Below are positions 51,371-64,000 of a stretch of 64,000 bases of DNA, piece by piece (position 1 is the stretch's first letter; every line of letters begins with the position of its first letter). Source of the stretch: Lama guanicoe (lineage: Eukaryota); NCBI GenBank assembly GCA_013239625.1, contig MU054132.1, forward strand, positions 496,001-560,000. Direction: 5' to 3'. Below the pieces are notes generated by a model. It ran no database searches, was not told the origin of the DNA, and worked only from the letters and a program-made list of their open reading frames with translations. Made by a program: the position numbers and the translations under genes.

Positions 51371-54300
51371 CTTTCACGTTTTGAAAGAATAGATGGGGAC
51401 CCTGAGCCTTAGATGCCACATAGGCCATTGGGAGCCACTTGACATCGGGCAGACAGGAAAAGCTATTTTAACTATAGGTAGAAATGGCTAAAATACTGTA
51501 AGTATGAGGTGATAAGGACCTAAACTGAGGTGAGTGAGAAAAAGCAGTCAGTTACAGGTTTCCTGTTCCTGAAATAATGAAGTGAATGGGTCTCTTGCAG
51601 GAAGTGCAGCTAGTCTCTATAATACCTGGTCTGAAGATAGCATTTTTCCGGTCACCACCCAATGCAATAAGCATATCGAACCATGGGGGTCAATGGGAAA
51701 TACTAGGCCCCAAACATAAATAAATGAACCAAGTTTTTACAGGCAAGATTGGTGGAAGATTGAGTACTATTAGATGCCATCATCTATTATTGTACTAGGA
51801 GTTCTTTGTAGACATATTTTAAATTCAAAGAGAATCCATCCTCAGAACACATACTTGGGCCTGGTCTCTTGATCAAAGCTGTAGGATAATTTAGTCTTTA
51901 GACTATAATTTCTAGATATTGACCATCTCCTATTTTCTTACATAAAGACTTCTATAATTATGTTTGAAGGAAAAATGTCAAAAGTCTTAAAGTGAAACAT
52001 TATAAGAGGCATTCTATTCTTAGAGCACTAGAACTATAAAAAAAACTTCATAATTGCTCCTGCCATTACTGCACCTGTAGGCCCAGAGCATCTTCATCTC
52101 AGGGGACCCCAGGGTAACTAATAGTGACCCTGAAACAAAGTTGACTCGGGCATCTCTTGCCGTAGGGGAGATCTTAGGCCAAAGATCAGAGATTGCCCAC
52201 GGTTATGCTCTCAGTACCTGGAAGGGAAAAGAAAAAAATCTAACTGATGTGGAGGGGAGAGTGCCAGTTGATTGAGCACTTTCTCCAAAACTAGTATTTG
52301 TAAACAAAATTGTGGAGGTAATATGTTAACAAGACAGTTCTTAGGGCTGATAGAACACAGAGGCAATAAAATCAAGACAGTAAGGTGCCCTGAGGTACCA
52401 CAGGGTGGTGCCTTTTTTCAGTGTGTCCAGGCCAAAGCTCCACTGCCTCAAATGGGAACCTGGCTAAGGCACTAAGAGAGAGAAAAGGTTGTTTCCCCTT
52501 GAACCTACAGCTGGTGCTGAATGGGGAAGCTGCCCCTATCTACTTATCCTTGCATCTTCCCATCCCATTCTTATCTCACCAAATCCTTCCCCCAAGTGAG
52601 GGTTCTCAGAAGACTGTGTTCCTCAAGAGATGTCAACTTGGGAAGGACATGCAAGCCCTAGGCCTTCAGTCTTATGACTCCTCAAAGTTCCTTACTTTCC
52701 CAAGAGGGGACAAGGTTGACAGTGGCAACAAAGCCAACGTGGGCAGCATAAGCAGGGCAGTGTGGGAAACCGCATGTCTACCCATGTGCTCCCACAAACA
52801 CCCTCATGTTGGCAGAGCTAGGCCCATTCCCAATGGCTATAGGCTGTGGTTAATGATGGCCAGCTCAATGTATAAAAGGTTGAATTAATATCAGAGAGGC
52901 AGTTTGGGAGTATATATGAATAATATACACAAGGCTGGGTTATATCAAGATTGAATGTTTGAAAGTTAGCTTGCCAGTACAAGACTTGTGAAGATCACAA
53001 CAGTTTATGAGACACCTAATCATTTTCCTTGATTATTTAAATATTATCTTGAATCTATTCCCTGCTATTAGTAATTCTGTCATCAGTTTGTTCTTTTTCT
53101 AGTCCAGTGTTCTTTTGAGTAGAGGAATTGTGTTAAATATTCCAAAAATGTATTTTCCATTTGGTCTCTAGGAAACCAAAATTGGCTGTTAGGGTAGTTG
53201 CATATTAACTGTAAAATCATGACTACAAACAGGTGCATCCTAACATTAGAATAGAAACATGATTTGGGTGCCTATAAGCTGTTATATACAGTTTTTAATG
53301 CTGATTTACTGCTCAGTTTTAATAGGTCAGTATGTCATTCTGTTGTAACTGAAAATAATTATTTTCCATTAATTGAAAGTACAATGAAAAAGATGGTTTT
53401 GAAAATAAAGTATATTACTCTATAAATGAAAGACTTGAATCAAGTTGTTTAAATGTGTATTTATTCTTCTATAGGATAGAAATATATATAATCAACATCT
53501 CAACATTTGGAATGTCTGAGTAAGTACCTAGTACATGTGAACTAGTAGCCATGCAATAAAAAATTAGCTACCTGATAAATTTATGTAGATACATGAGGCT
53601 CAACAGAAGTGAAAGTTTATTTTAGATATAACCAGTATACAAAAGAAAGACAGCATAATTTAGAATAATGATTAACTGTTGCAAATGTCACACTCTTTGG
53701 CCCTGGAATACCTTGAGGAGGGGAGTGTAATTACAATTGATTTTTATTCATGTTTAATCTACACGTCTCAACACAAGTTAAGAAGAATGTAGAAAACAAT
53801 ACACGACCTACATTGAGCCTTATTACGTACATTATTTGTATCAAGCCAGAACTTTCCTATATATATAGTGTTATACTCTATAATTGTCTTTTCTGTTCCA
53901 TACTGCTTTGTTAACTGACTTCAATTACATAATATGTCTTACCTTCCCAACTCTTATAAGTTTGTTGTAGGCAGGAGCATTATTATCTTTTTTATTTTGT
54001 AATATTTAATGCTATATGTATCAGGTGTTTAATGAGTAATTTGCTACTTTTTTGAAAACCTTACTTTTTTTTTTTTTACTTTTTTTAGAAGCTCTTGAAG
54101 TGTTCACATTGGAGTTTTCTATCGAAACTAAATTGTCAAGTGGCTAACAGGCTGCTGACATCTACACAAGCACTCTCTTCTATAAAGTTTCATTGATAAG
54201 CTCCGACAAGCCAACCATTTCATTGGATTTGAAAGTACTGACTTAAGAATTGCATACTTTAACCCTCAAGTATACAGGAATACTGTTATTAGGTAATTTT

Positions 54301-56530
54301 TTCCCCAACACGTGTTAATCTTGTCTTCTCTACAAGATTATCAAGCACTCAGGCAAGTGATGATAGTGTTGTTTTATTTTGGATCATGGCACCCTTCCAG
54401 AGAACTCATCTCCTGAGCTTCCTGTTGCTCTTCCCTCCCAGCCTTGCCTACCCCAGCAGAGGATGAAACTGCTCAAAATTATCTCAGTTTTACAAATGAA
54501 TAAACCAAAGATCTCAGAGGTTAAGTCACATGTCTAAGAAGTTGTAGAGCCAGGATTTGAACTTGGTTATCTGATTCAAGACATTTTAGAGAAAAAATCT
54601 GAAGTTTGCCACCAACAGAACACAATCTCTGATATAAGAAAAAAAATAAGCGAAGAAATTGGTAAATAAGTGGTTAAAACTAAAAATAATACTTAACATA
54701 AAAAGTAATAATAATAATAATATATAATCTGTGTGGTTAACGAAGCAAGATAGAACTAATATCCTGAATAACAAAAGTTATAATTTGGAAGTGGGATGGG
54801 TAGGTTGATGATTAGATTTGAAGTTTTCCAAGATCCTTGTATTGTCAAGAAGAGGATAAAAATATAGATTAACTTTAAGCTTTACTCTTAAGTATACAAG
54901 CTAGAATATCTTGAGTAACAACTAAAAGAGTATATCATTTCCAAATTAATATATAAAATAGATTTTTTAAAAAAACAAGATATGAAGATAGAAAAAAAAT
55001 AGTGAAACAGAAACCATAAATAATATGGCAAAAAGTACAAATATTTCACTAATTAGAGTAAATATAAATATAATAAACTCTCCAGTTAATAAAATAAAAA
55101 TAAAATGGGACAAGAAAATAAAATCCAACCATATTCTATTTTTGAGACATCCTTGAAACAAAGAACACAAAAAGATGTAGATGGATAGAAAAATATGTCA
55201 GGCTTATATAACAGGAGAAAGCTGGTAGAGCTATGTTAACATCAGACAGACTAAAAATAAATGAAAGTTACTAAATAATGGTAGAAAGGTCAGGGCCCAA
55301 AAACTTCGGAATTCTATACAACGTATGCACCTAATTACAAATCCTTATAATATAAAAATCAAAATTTGACAAAATTAAAAGGAAAAATGGGTGAATTTAC
55401 CATTATAGTAGAAATTTTAACACACTTCAAAATAGTAACTAGATCTTACTGACAAGAATCAAAAGATATGAGCAACATAATTAAGATTGAATTAGTGGAT
55501 ACATTTAGTGTTGCCCTATACAATTAGATCATTCGTATCCTTCTAATGTGCATGTGGAATGTTTGTGAAAATTGATCACATGTAAGCCCAGGTAGTAATT
55601 TTCAACAAATTTCCAATGATGGATGTTATATAGGCCACATTCTCTGAACACCATTCAATTAAATTAGAAATTACTATCTAGGAGGAAAAAACACATTTCA
55701 AGTTTCAAAAAGACACTCATGAATAACTCGGTCAAAAAAAGTCACAAGAGGAATCACAAAATAATTGAATCAAAAGAATAATAAAATAACTAAATAGCAA
55801 AATTGTGTAATATAGCTAAAGCAGTAATTAGAGGGAAATTTAGAAATGTAAACACTTATGTTACAGGGAAAAAAGACTAAATTAACAAATTAGGTGTCAA
55901 ACTTAAGAACTAAAGTAGAAGTAAAGAAATAATATAGATGAAAGTACAAAATTAATGAAAAAAATAAAAGGCATACAATGGAGAAGATGCACAAAGCAAA
56001 GAATTGGTTCTTCTAAAAGACTATTGACCAACTTCTGACAAATTGAGGGAAAAAATACAAATAATGAGAAGCAGGACAAAACTATGAAAATTGCAAAGAT
56101 TATAAAATTAACCAAAAATGAACAATTGATGCCAATAAATTTGAAAACTTAGTTCAACTTGAACAACTTTCTAAGATAATACAAATTAGCGAAACTGACT
56201 CAATGAGAAATGGAAAACCTATTTGGTCCTAGAAGCATTAAAAAGATGAATTAGTGATCAATTTTCCCTTGAAAAAAAGGAAATGAGGAAAGGATAGATG
56301 GACAAACAGACCCAAACAGACAAAAATAGGACAAGAAAGAAAAATTACAGGCTATTCTCATTCTTGAATAAAGATGCAATAATCCTGAACAAAATACTAT
56401 AAAAGCAAATCTAGCAAATAATTAAAAAGGTAAAAATCATGACCAAGTCAAATTTGTTTCAGGAATGAAAGTTTGGGTTCAGTATTGCAATTTTTTCTGT
56501 ATAATTCATCATATTAACAAATTATGTTGT

Positions 56531-57102
56531 TGTGTTAGGCAGAATAATAGCTCCCCCCAAAATGTCCACTCCCTAATCACTGGAACCTGTGAATATATTA
56601 CCTTAAGTAGCAAATGCACTTTGATGTGACGTGAGTTACAGACCTTGGGGTGGGGAGGTTATCCTGGATTATCTGGGCCCAGTCTAATCACAAATCCTTA
56701 ACAATAGAAGAGGAATGCAAGAGGGTTGGTTGATCAAAGAAACAAGGACAAGGACTTAACATGCCTGTTGCTTTTGAAAATGGAGAAAAAAGGGCCTGAT
56801 CCAAGGAATGTGACAGCCTCTACAAGATAGAAATGACCCTCACTCATTTTATAGCTAGCAAGAAAACTTTGTGGGGCCCTGGTCCTACAAACTGAAGGAA
56901 CTGAACAGCAGTCCAAATGAGCAGGAAGCAGATTTTCCCCTAGAGCCTCCTGAAAGGAATGCAGCCTGACAATACTTTGTTTCTAGTTCAGTTAGACCCA
57001 TACTGATGACTTCTGATATGCAGAACTGTAAGATAATAAATTTGTGTTGCCTTAATTTTCTAAATTTGTGGTAGTTTGTTACAGTGACATTCAAAACTAA
57101 TA
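56531..57102 (+). mobile_element. MaLR solo LTR (MLT1D-like)
   Basis: aggcagaataat.gctccccc...ggaacctgtgaatat...ttcccctagagcctcc...cagaactgtaagataataaatttgtgttg. Confidence 0.85.
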
Positions 57103-57124
57103 TGGATGGGATGACCAAATACTT

Positions 57125-58202
57125 CTTTTTTAATTGAAGTATTGTTGACTTACAATGTTGTGTTAGTTTCATGGGTACAGTATAGTGATTCAGTTATTCA
57201 TTTATGTATTTATATTCTTTTCATATTCTTTTTCTTTATAGGTTATTATAAGATATTGAATATAGTTCCCTGTGACATACAGTAGGACCTTGTTTATCTA
57301 GTCTGTATATAGTAGTTAGTATCTGCAAATCCCAAACTCCCAATTTACTCCCCTCTTTCCTCTTTGGTAACCAAGATTTGTTTTCTATGTCTGTGAATCT
57401 GTTTCTGTTTTGTAAATAAGTTCATTTGTATCATTTTGTTAGATTCCACATATGAATGGTGTATGATATTTGTCTTTCTCTCTCTGACTGAACTTCACTT
57501 AGTATGATTATCTCTAGGTCCATCCATGTTGCTGCCAAATGGCATTATTTTATTCTTTTTTATAGCTGAGTTAGTATTTCATTGTATGTATGTGTATTAT
57601 ATACATATATGTATATATTTACATACACACCACTACTTCTTTATTCAGTCATCTGTCGATGAACATTTAGATTGCTTCTATGTCTTGGCTATTGTAATTG
57701 GTGCTGCTATGAATATAGGGGTACATGTATCTTTTCAAATGAGAATTTTCTCCAGATGTGTGCTCAGTAGTGGGACTGCTGGATCATATGGTAAGTCTAT
57801 TTTTAGTTTTTTAAGGAATCTCCATACTGTTTTCCATAGTGGCTGCACCAAATTACATTCCTACCAACAGTATAGGAGGGTTCCCTTTTCTCCACACCTT
57901 CTCTACCTTTTATCGTTTGTGGACTTTTTAGTGATGGCCATTCTGACTGGTGTGAAGTGATACCTTATTGTAGTTTTGATTTGCACTTCTCTGATAATTA
58001 ATGATATTGAGCTTTTTTTTTCATGTGTCTCCTGACCATCTGTATGTCTTCACTAGATAAATGTCTGTTTAGGTCTTCTGCCCATTTTTTGATTGGATTG
58101 TTTATTTTTTTATTATTGAATCTTTTGAGCTGTTTGTATATTCTGGACAGTAAGCTCTTGTAAGTTGCATCATTTGCAAATATGTTGTCCCAGTCCATAG
58201 GT
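57125..58202 (-). mobile_element. 5'-truncated younger L1 (ORF2 end plus 3' UTR)
   Basis: ORF 57998..58198 is L1 ORF2-like; TSD ggatgaccaaatactt (57109-57124) / ggataatcaaatactt (58203-58218). Confidence 0.92.
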
Positions 58203-58612
58203 GGATAATCAAATACTTTAAGATGCAGGAAATTGTTTGTTAAAATTTGATAACTATTATTAATTTTTAGAAAAAAAGAAGAGAAATTTTTTTAAAAACT
58301 TAGCAAAACCGGAATAGAAGAATACTTCCTTAACCTGACAATGAGTGTCCACCAAAAAGATCTAAAGCAAACATTATACATAGTGGCAAAACAAAGTATT
58401 TCTTTCCAAACTGAAAATAAAATGTTTGCTGTTACTATTTCTGTTCAACATTGTACTTGAGTCCTAGCAAGCAAAATAAAACAATGAAAGAAATAAAATA
58501 TGTAAAGCATCAAAAAGATAATTGTCATTTACAGGTGATGTGATTATCTTCTTAGAAACCCAAAATAATTTACAGATTATTTAGAATTAGTGACACTTTT
58601 TTTAAGAGACAC

Positions 58613-58930
58613 ACTTTATTTTATTTATTTTTTATTTTTTTATTGAAGTATAGTTGATTACAATGTTTCACTTGTACAGAAAAGTACATATATATGTATA
58701 CATTTTTTTTTCAGATTCTCTTCCCTTATAGGTTTTTACAAGATATTGAATATAGTTCCCAATGCTTTACAGTAGGTCCTTGTTTATCTTTTTTATACAT
58801 AGTAGTGTATATCTGTTAATCCCAAATCCCTAATTTATCCCTTGCCCTCCTTTCCCCTTTGGTAACCATAAATTTGTTTTCTGTGTTTGTGAGTCTATTT
58901 CTGTTTTGTACATAAATTCATTTGTATTCT
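58613..58930 (-). mobile_element. L1 3' end
   Basis: Poly-T followed by attgaagtatagttgattacaat...ggtaaccataaatttgttttct. Confidence 0.85.
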
Positions 58931-59201
58931 TTTGTATCACTTTTTCACATTTGCCAGATTAAAAAATCAACTGCATTTCATAGTCTAGCAGTTAGAAGTT
59001 AGAAAGTACAAGTCAATAAAACATACCATTTACAAAAACAATATTGCCACCAAAATATTAGAGCTGGGTTATCCTTCTGGGAAGAGGGTAGAAATGGATC
59101 CTTACTTCATATTTTACCCAAAAATCAATTCCAGATGGATTAAGACTTAAATATAAGAATTTTAGCGAAAGCTGAAAAGGTTTAGAATAAAATAAAAAAC
59201 A

Positions 59202-59349
59202 TAGTCCTCCCTCACTATCCACAGGGGATTGGTTCCAGGACCCTCCCAGATAACAGAATCCACAGGTGCTCAAGTCCCTTGTATAAAATGACATACTGTC
59301 AGCCCTGTATATCCCTGATACTGAACCCATATACATGGAGGGCTGATTG
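59202..59349. mobile_element. MER2/Tigger-type short element
   Basis: agtcctccctcactatcc..ggggattggttccaggaccc...atacatggagggctgattg, with inverted ends. Confidence 0.7.
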
Positions 59350-59549
59350 AAATAACACTATCTTTGGAACATGCCCTTGTGATAGGGAAAATTTTCTTAA
59401 AATTCAAAGTGCAGACCAAAGAAGGCAAAATTCAACTCCCCTGAAACCTTGTCATCAAAAGACAAAAAAATGACAGTAAAAATAATAAACTGGAAGGAAA
59501 GCTCTGCAACAGACAACAACAAAGTATCTAGAGCTCCACAACAAAGTAT

Positions 59550-60012
59550 CAGCAGCTACTAACCACAAGTGGTTGTTGAGTAATTAAAATGTAGCCAGGC
59601 CAACTTAAGATACGCTGTTAGTAAAAATACACACCAGATTTCAAAAAGTTAGCACAAAAAAAATTTGTATATTTGTATTGAATACATGTTAAAATGATAT
59701 TTCAGTTAAGTAGACTGTTAAGTAAAAAAATACTAAAATTAATTTTGCCTGTTTTCACTTTTTTTTTAATTGAAGTATAGTCAATTACAATGTGTCCATC
59801 TCTGGTGCACAACACATGTCCCATCCATGTGCATACATGCATATATTCGTTTTCATATTTTTTCCACTAAAGTTTATTACAAGATATTGAACATAGTTCC
59901 CTGTGCTATACAAAAGAAATTTTTATTTTGCTTTCACTTTTTTAAATGTGGTTACTATAACATTTTAAATTATATTTGTGACTTGCATTTTATTTTTATT
60001 GAACAAAACTGA
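59550..60012. mobile_element. MER33-like hAT element interrupted by an antisense L1 3' end (about 59760-59925)
   Basis: agctactaaccaca.gtgg...aaaatacacaccagatttcaaa...; the insert is flanked by tttcacttt repeats. Confidence 0.7.
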
Positions 60013-61184
60013 TCCAGAATATATAAAGAACTACTGCAAATCAATAGGAAAAAAGCAACCCAATGTTTTAAACTGGCCAATATCACAGAAAAGGGAAAAT
60101 TAATGGCTAAAGAACATTTGAAAAACTGTTCCAGGGAAATCAGGCACTATCCACTGTTAACAGAAGTATTAATTGGTACAGTGGCTTTGGAAAATGATTT
60201 GGCATTACCTAATAAACTTAAATATGGGCATACCCTACAACCCAACAGTGTATATATATCGGATATATACACTAGAGAAACTCTTGCACAGGTACACCAG
60301 AGGCCATGTTCAGGAATGTTCATAGCAGTATTGGCAAATATCCATCAACTGCAGTGTATTTATATAATGAGTGATTAAACAGCAGTGAAAATGAATGACT
60401 CTTTCAGTTATGCCTATGAAAATGGTTAAATCGCCAAAACATAATGAGCAGGAGAAACAGGAATAAAATAATACATTTTTTCATTCATATGAAGTTTTAC
60501 AAGTCAAAAACAATAGATTGTGTAGGGAATTAAACATAGCAGAACTCAAGAAACTAAGAGAAAAGTAATAATTTTCTAAAGGGGGAGGTATCATATGGGG
60601 ATACCCAGGAGGTTTCAGAGACTAGGTAACTAGGTGGTAAGTACATAGATATTTGTTTCATTGTTATTTTGCCTATCCTATGATTAATATTTCTATCTAT
60701 TTACTATTTAATAAGAATTTTGTGTACATGTGTCCTTTGACCCAGCAAATTTTATTTCTGAAATTCTACTTCATAGAAATAAAAGTACTTGTACATAGAT
60801 TAAATGTACAAATGTATTAATTGTATCATTATTTGTGGTGGGGAAAATCAAGTGAAGGCTTATAAAGGAATGGGTGAATATAGTTCAGAATATCCATACC
60901 AAGGGGTATTGAAAAGAATGTCATTGAAAAGAATGAATTTTCACTATACTAGATGCTCTGAAGAAGTTTTCATGAAGTTTTGAGGTTTGTTGAATGAGAA
61001 AAGCAAGATGCTTAGACTTATATATACATGCATTTATTTATTTGATTTTATCATTATAATGAAAGATATGAGCAGATGTATGCTATTTAGTCAAGTTATC
61101 TTCAGTTAGGAATTGGTGGAGGAAGTGAGAGAAAAAATTAAGGAAAAATTACTACCCACACCCCAGTAATATATGATATTGATC

Positions 61185-61210
61185 ATATATATATATATAT
61201 ATATATATAT
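61185..61210. repeat. (AT)13 microsatellite
   Basis: Perfect dinucleotide run. Confidence 0.95.
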
Positions 61211-62029
61211 CTCAATAGATAGATATACAAATGTTTGTATATATTTAGAGCTCCATTGAGAAATTAGAAGAAAAAAGTAGAGTTCAACCTGTGTCTATTG
61301 ACTTATAGGGCTGTCAGCTGGAAAAAGTAAGTATGAGGAGTCTATTTCTGTTAAACTAAGATATGCAAATTAATGTTAGTCTTTGTGTAAGTATATCCAA
61401 ACAGTGAGAAAGGTGAAGAAAGATATACACTAGTCTGTTAATATTGTTCATGGTTTGGATGCAGGGACTGAGGAATCAAAGATGAATCTTAAATTTTTTA
61501 CATCAACATCTGGATCACTGGTGGAGACTTGAGACTGGGAGAAATAGGTTAAAGGATGCGGGATTAATAATAAAGGTAGGGAACATATAAAGATAGAGAA
61601 TGCTGGTAAGCATTCAAATGGAGATAACCACTGAGCAGTTCAAAATACCAGTCAGGAATTTAGAGGAATGCTTATAAGAAAATATAAATTTTGGAGTCCT
61701 CAGTATACAAGCAATATTTAAAGCTATAGGACTGCATGAGATCTCCTAGGGAAAAAGTACAACTAGAGGAAAAAGCAGATTAAAAACAGTGCTCAGGATT
61801 GAGCATTTGAGAACATTAGTATTTATAGGTCACAAAAAATGATAAGCCAGCAAAGGGACAAAGGTGAAGTTAAAAACAGTGTGTAGCCTCATGGAGGCCA
61901 TGAGAAGAAAGCTTTTCAATGAGTGAACAAAGAATTTAGAAGCAGTATTGCTTCCCACTCTCAGCTACTTTTCAGATTTATCCTGTATCAGTTATCAATT
62001 GTCAGGCATAGTGGGTGGCCAGAAGTCTG

Positions 62030-64000
62030 CACTTCCATCCAGTAGGAACAAGGCAGCACTTCCTCTGGGGTGTCAAAGAAGGTGAAATGGGAAACCTGAA
62101 ATTTTGTCTTTACCTTGTTGTGAGAAGGTGGCACCACATTCCCTGCTGGCCTAGTGTCAGAGGGGTCCTGCTAAAATAGATTTACATAAGATCTGGAGTC
62201 TCATAATGCTCTCAAAGTTCAGTGTACAATTTTTTAAAAATCATCATACCAAGCAGCAGGAAGATTTCAAATTGATTAACATAATACAATTTAAAAAGAT
62301 GCTGACTTCAAGATAAATTAGATATCAAAACTATCTGACAAAGATTTTAAAGCAATTGTCATAAAAAATGCTTCAAAAAGCATTTTGAACACACTTGAAA
62401 GAAATAAATAGAAAGTCTCAGCAAAGAAATAGAAGATATAAAAAAGAACCAAATGGAAATTTTTTTTGCATTCTATTTTTATTGAAGTATGGTCAGTGTA
62501 CAATGTTGTTTCATTTCTGGTATACAGCAGAATGTTCATTCATACATATACATACACATTCATTTTCATATTTTCCTTATAGGTTACTACAAAATATTGA
62601 ATCTAGTGCTATACAGTATAAACTTGTTTTTTTATCTATTTTGCGTATAGTAGTTAGTATCTGCAAATTTCAAACTCCCAATTTATCCCTTCCCACCCCC
62701 TTTACCCCCTCAAATGGAAATTTTAAACTCAGTGGATGACCTCAACAGCAGAATGGAGAAGACAGAGGAAAGAATAAGTGAACTTGAAGACAGAACCAAG
62801 AAAACTACCCAGTCTGAACCACAAAGAGAAAATAGACTGGAAAAAACAATGAACTGGTCCTCAATGACCAGTGGAATTATAACAAAAGATCTACATTTGT
62901 GTAATTAGAGTCACAGAAGAAGAGGAGAAATAGAGTGAAGCTGAAAAGTACTCAAAGAAATGATGGCTGAAAATTTCCAAATTTGTCAAAATACATAAAC
63001 CTACAAATTCAAGAGGCTGAACATATCCCAGACAGGATTGACCTAAAGAACTAGAAATCTATACCAAGGTGCATTGTACTTAAAATTCGAAAAACTAAAA
63101 ACAAACAAACAAAAACCTTGAAAGCAACAAGAGAGAAAACACCTATAGGGAACGTTTTTTGAATGGCATCAGATTTCTCATTGAAATCATGGTGGTCAGA
63201 AAGAAATGGCACAACATTTTCCAAGTGCTGAAAGAAAAGAACTGTTAGCTCCAAATTCTACATATGGTGAAATTATCTTTGGGGAATGAAGGGAAACACA
63301 GAAAACTTAGAAAAACTAAGGATTTGTCACAACTAAACCTACTATGAAATTGCTAAAGAATGTTCTTCACATATAAAGGGAATTATTAAAATAGAAACTT
63401 AGACTGTCAGGAAGAATGAGAGCATAACAGAAAGAGAAAAATATTAGTAAATACAATAGACTTCCTTTTCTTAAGTTTTCTAAACTATATTTGACAGTTG
63501 AAGCAAAAAAATATCAAATATTATCTGATTTGGTTCACAGTGTATATAGAAGGAATATTTAAGACAATTATAAATAGGGCAGGGTAAAGGGACTTAAAGG
63601 GAAGTAAGGTTTCTATACTTTATTTGAACTGGTAAAATGTTAAAACAGGTAGACTGTGATAAGTAGTGTATGTATAATGTAGTATCTAGTGTAACTACCA
63701 AAAAAATCTGTACAAAGATACATCAAAACACAATAAAATGGAATTCTCAAAAATGTATATTCCATTAACTCACAGGAAGACAAGAAAAGAAAAAAGGAAA
63801 AAACAGAAGGAACAAACAAAACAAAAAATAAAATGGCAGACTTAAGCCCTAACATATCAATTAGTACATTAAATGTAAATGATCTAAATATAGTAATTAA
63901 AAGATAGATATTAAGAGAGTGAATTTTTGAAAATCGTGACTCAACTATATGAAAAGGCAAAGGAACTAGAATAGTCAAACTAATTTTGACTTCATAAAAA
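62030..64000 (+). mobile_element. Old L1M 5' region: ORF1 remnant to ORF2 start
   Basis: ORF 62714..62908 resembles the ORF1 coiled coil (LNSRMEKTEERISELEDR); ORF2 start-like acattaaatgtaaatgatctaaat near 63867. Confidence 0.8.
62464..62710 (-). mobile_element. L1 3' end with perfect 14-bp TSD
   Basis: CAAATGGAAATTTT at 62450-62463 and 62711-62724. Confidence 0.9.

Larger units (their letters stand above)
54590..60900 (+). mobile_element. Old, highly decayed L1M (ORF2 to 3' UTR) hosting several nested insertions
   Basis: A-rich + strand with L1 ORF2 landmarks (gtatgcacctaa, cacattctctga, agctaaagcagta.ttagagggaaattt, aatcaattccagatggatt). Confidence 0.75.

Noticed and set aside
52382..52420. 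Hairpin CCCTGAGGTACCACAGGG followed by a T run (terminator-like)
   Set aside because: Short imperfect stem, likely chance; intrinsic terminators do not apply here and no Pol III promoter is seen.
52421..52888. 155-aa + strand ORF
   Set aside because: GTG start, no homology that I recognise and no supporting splice structure.
57526..58198. 144-aa and 66-aa ORFs (also 34801-35233 and 62395-62908)
   Set aside because: Sense or antisense translations of dead L1 fragments; no intact ORF1 or ORF2 in the window.

Overview
Mammalian genomic DNA, very probably a camelid: it has four tRNA-Ala-derived vic-1-type SINEs, and I saw no Alu, B1, BovA or PRE-1. The window holds the 5' part of SETD2 (H3K36 trimethyltransferase) on the minus strand. 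All eight coding exons I mapped have GT-AG junctions and compatible phases: exon 1 49229-49159, a 16-nt exon 2 21990-21975, a 4361-nt exon 3 20521-16161, and AWS/SET exons 4-8 down to 1230. The gene continues past the left edge. A CpG-island promoter lies at about 48.5-50.1 kb. The rest is intron and upstream DNA rich in L1, L2, MIR, CR1, MaLR LTRs and DNA-transposon fossils. Most worth following up: (i) a candidate divergent + strand spliced transcript with a cluster of exon-like segments at 53.2-54.3 kb, possibly a decayed coding gene; (ii) the start-codon and microexon arrangement of SETD2, which opens an 82-codon alternative frame; (iii) an L1 3' transduction, a 5'-inverted L1 and a polyadenylated ERV LTR fragment. 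No new system is demonstrated; these are leads. Old-repeat family names and boundaries are from visual recognition and are approximate.
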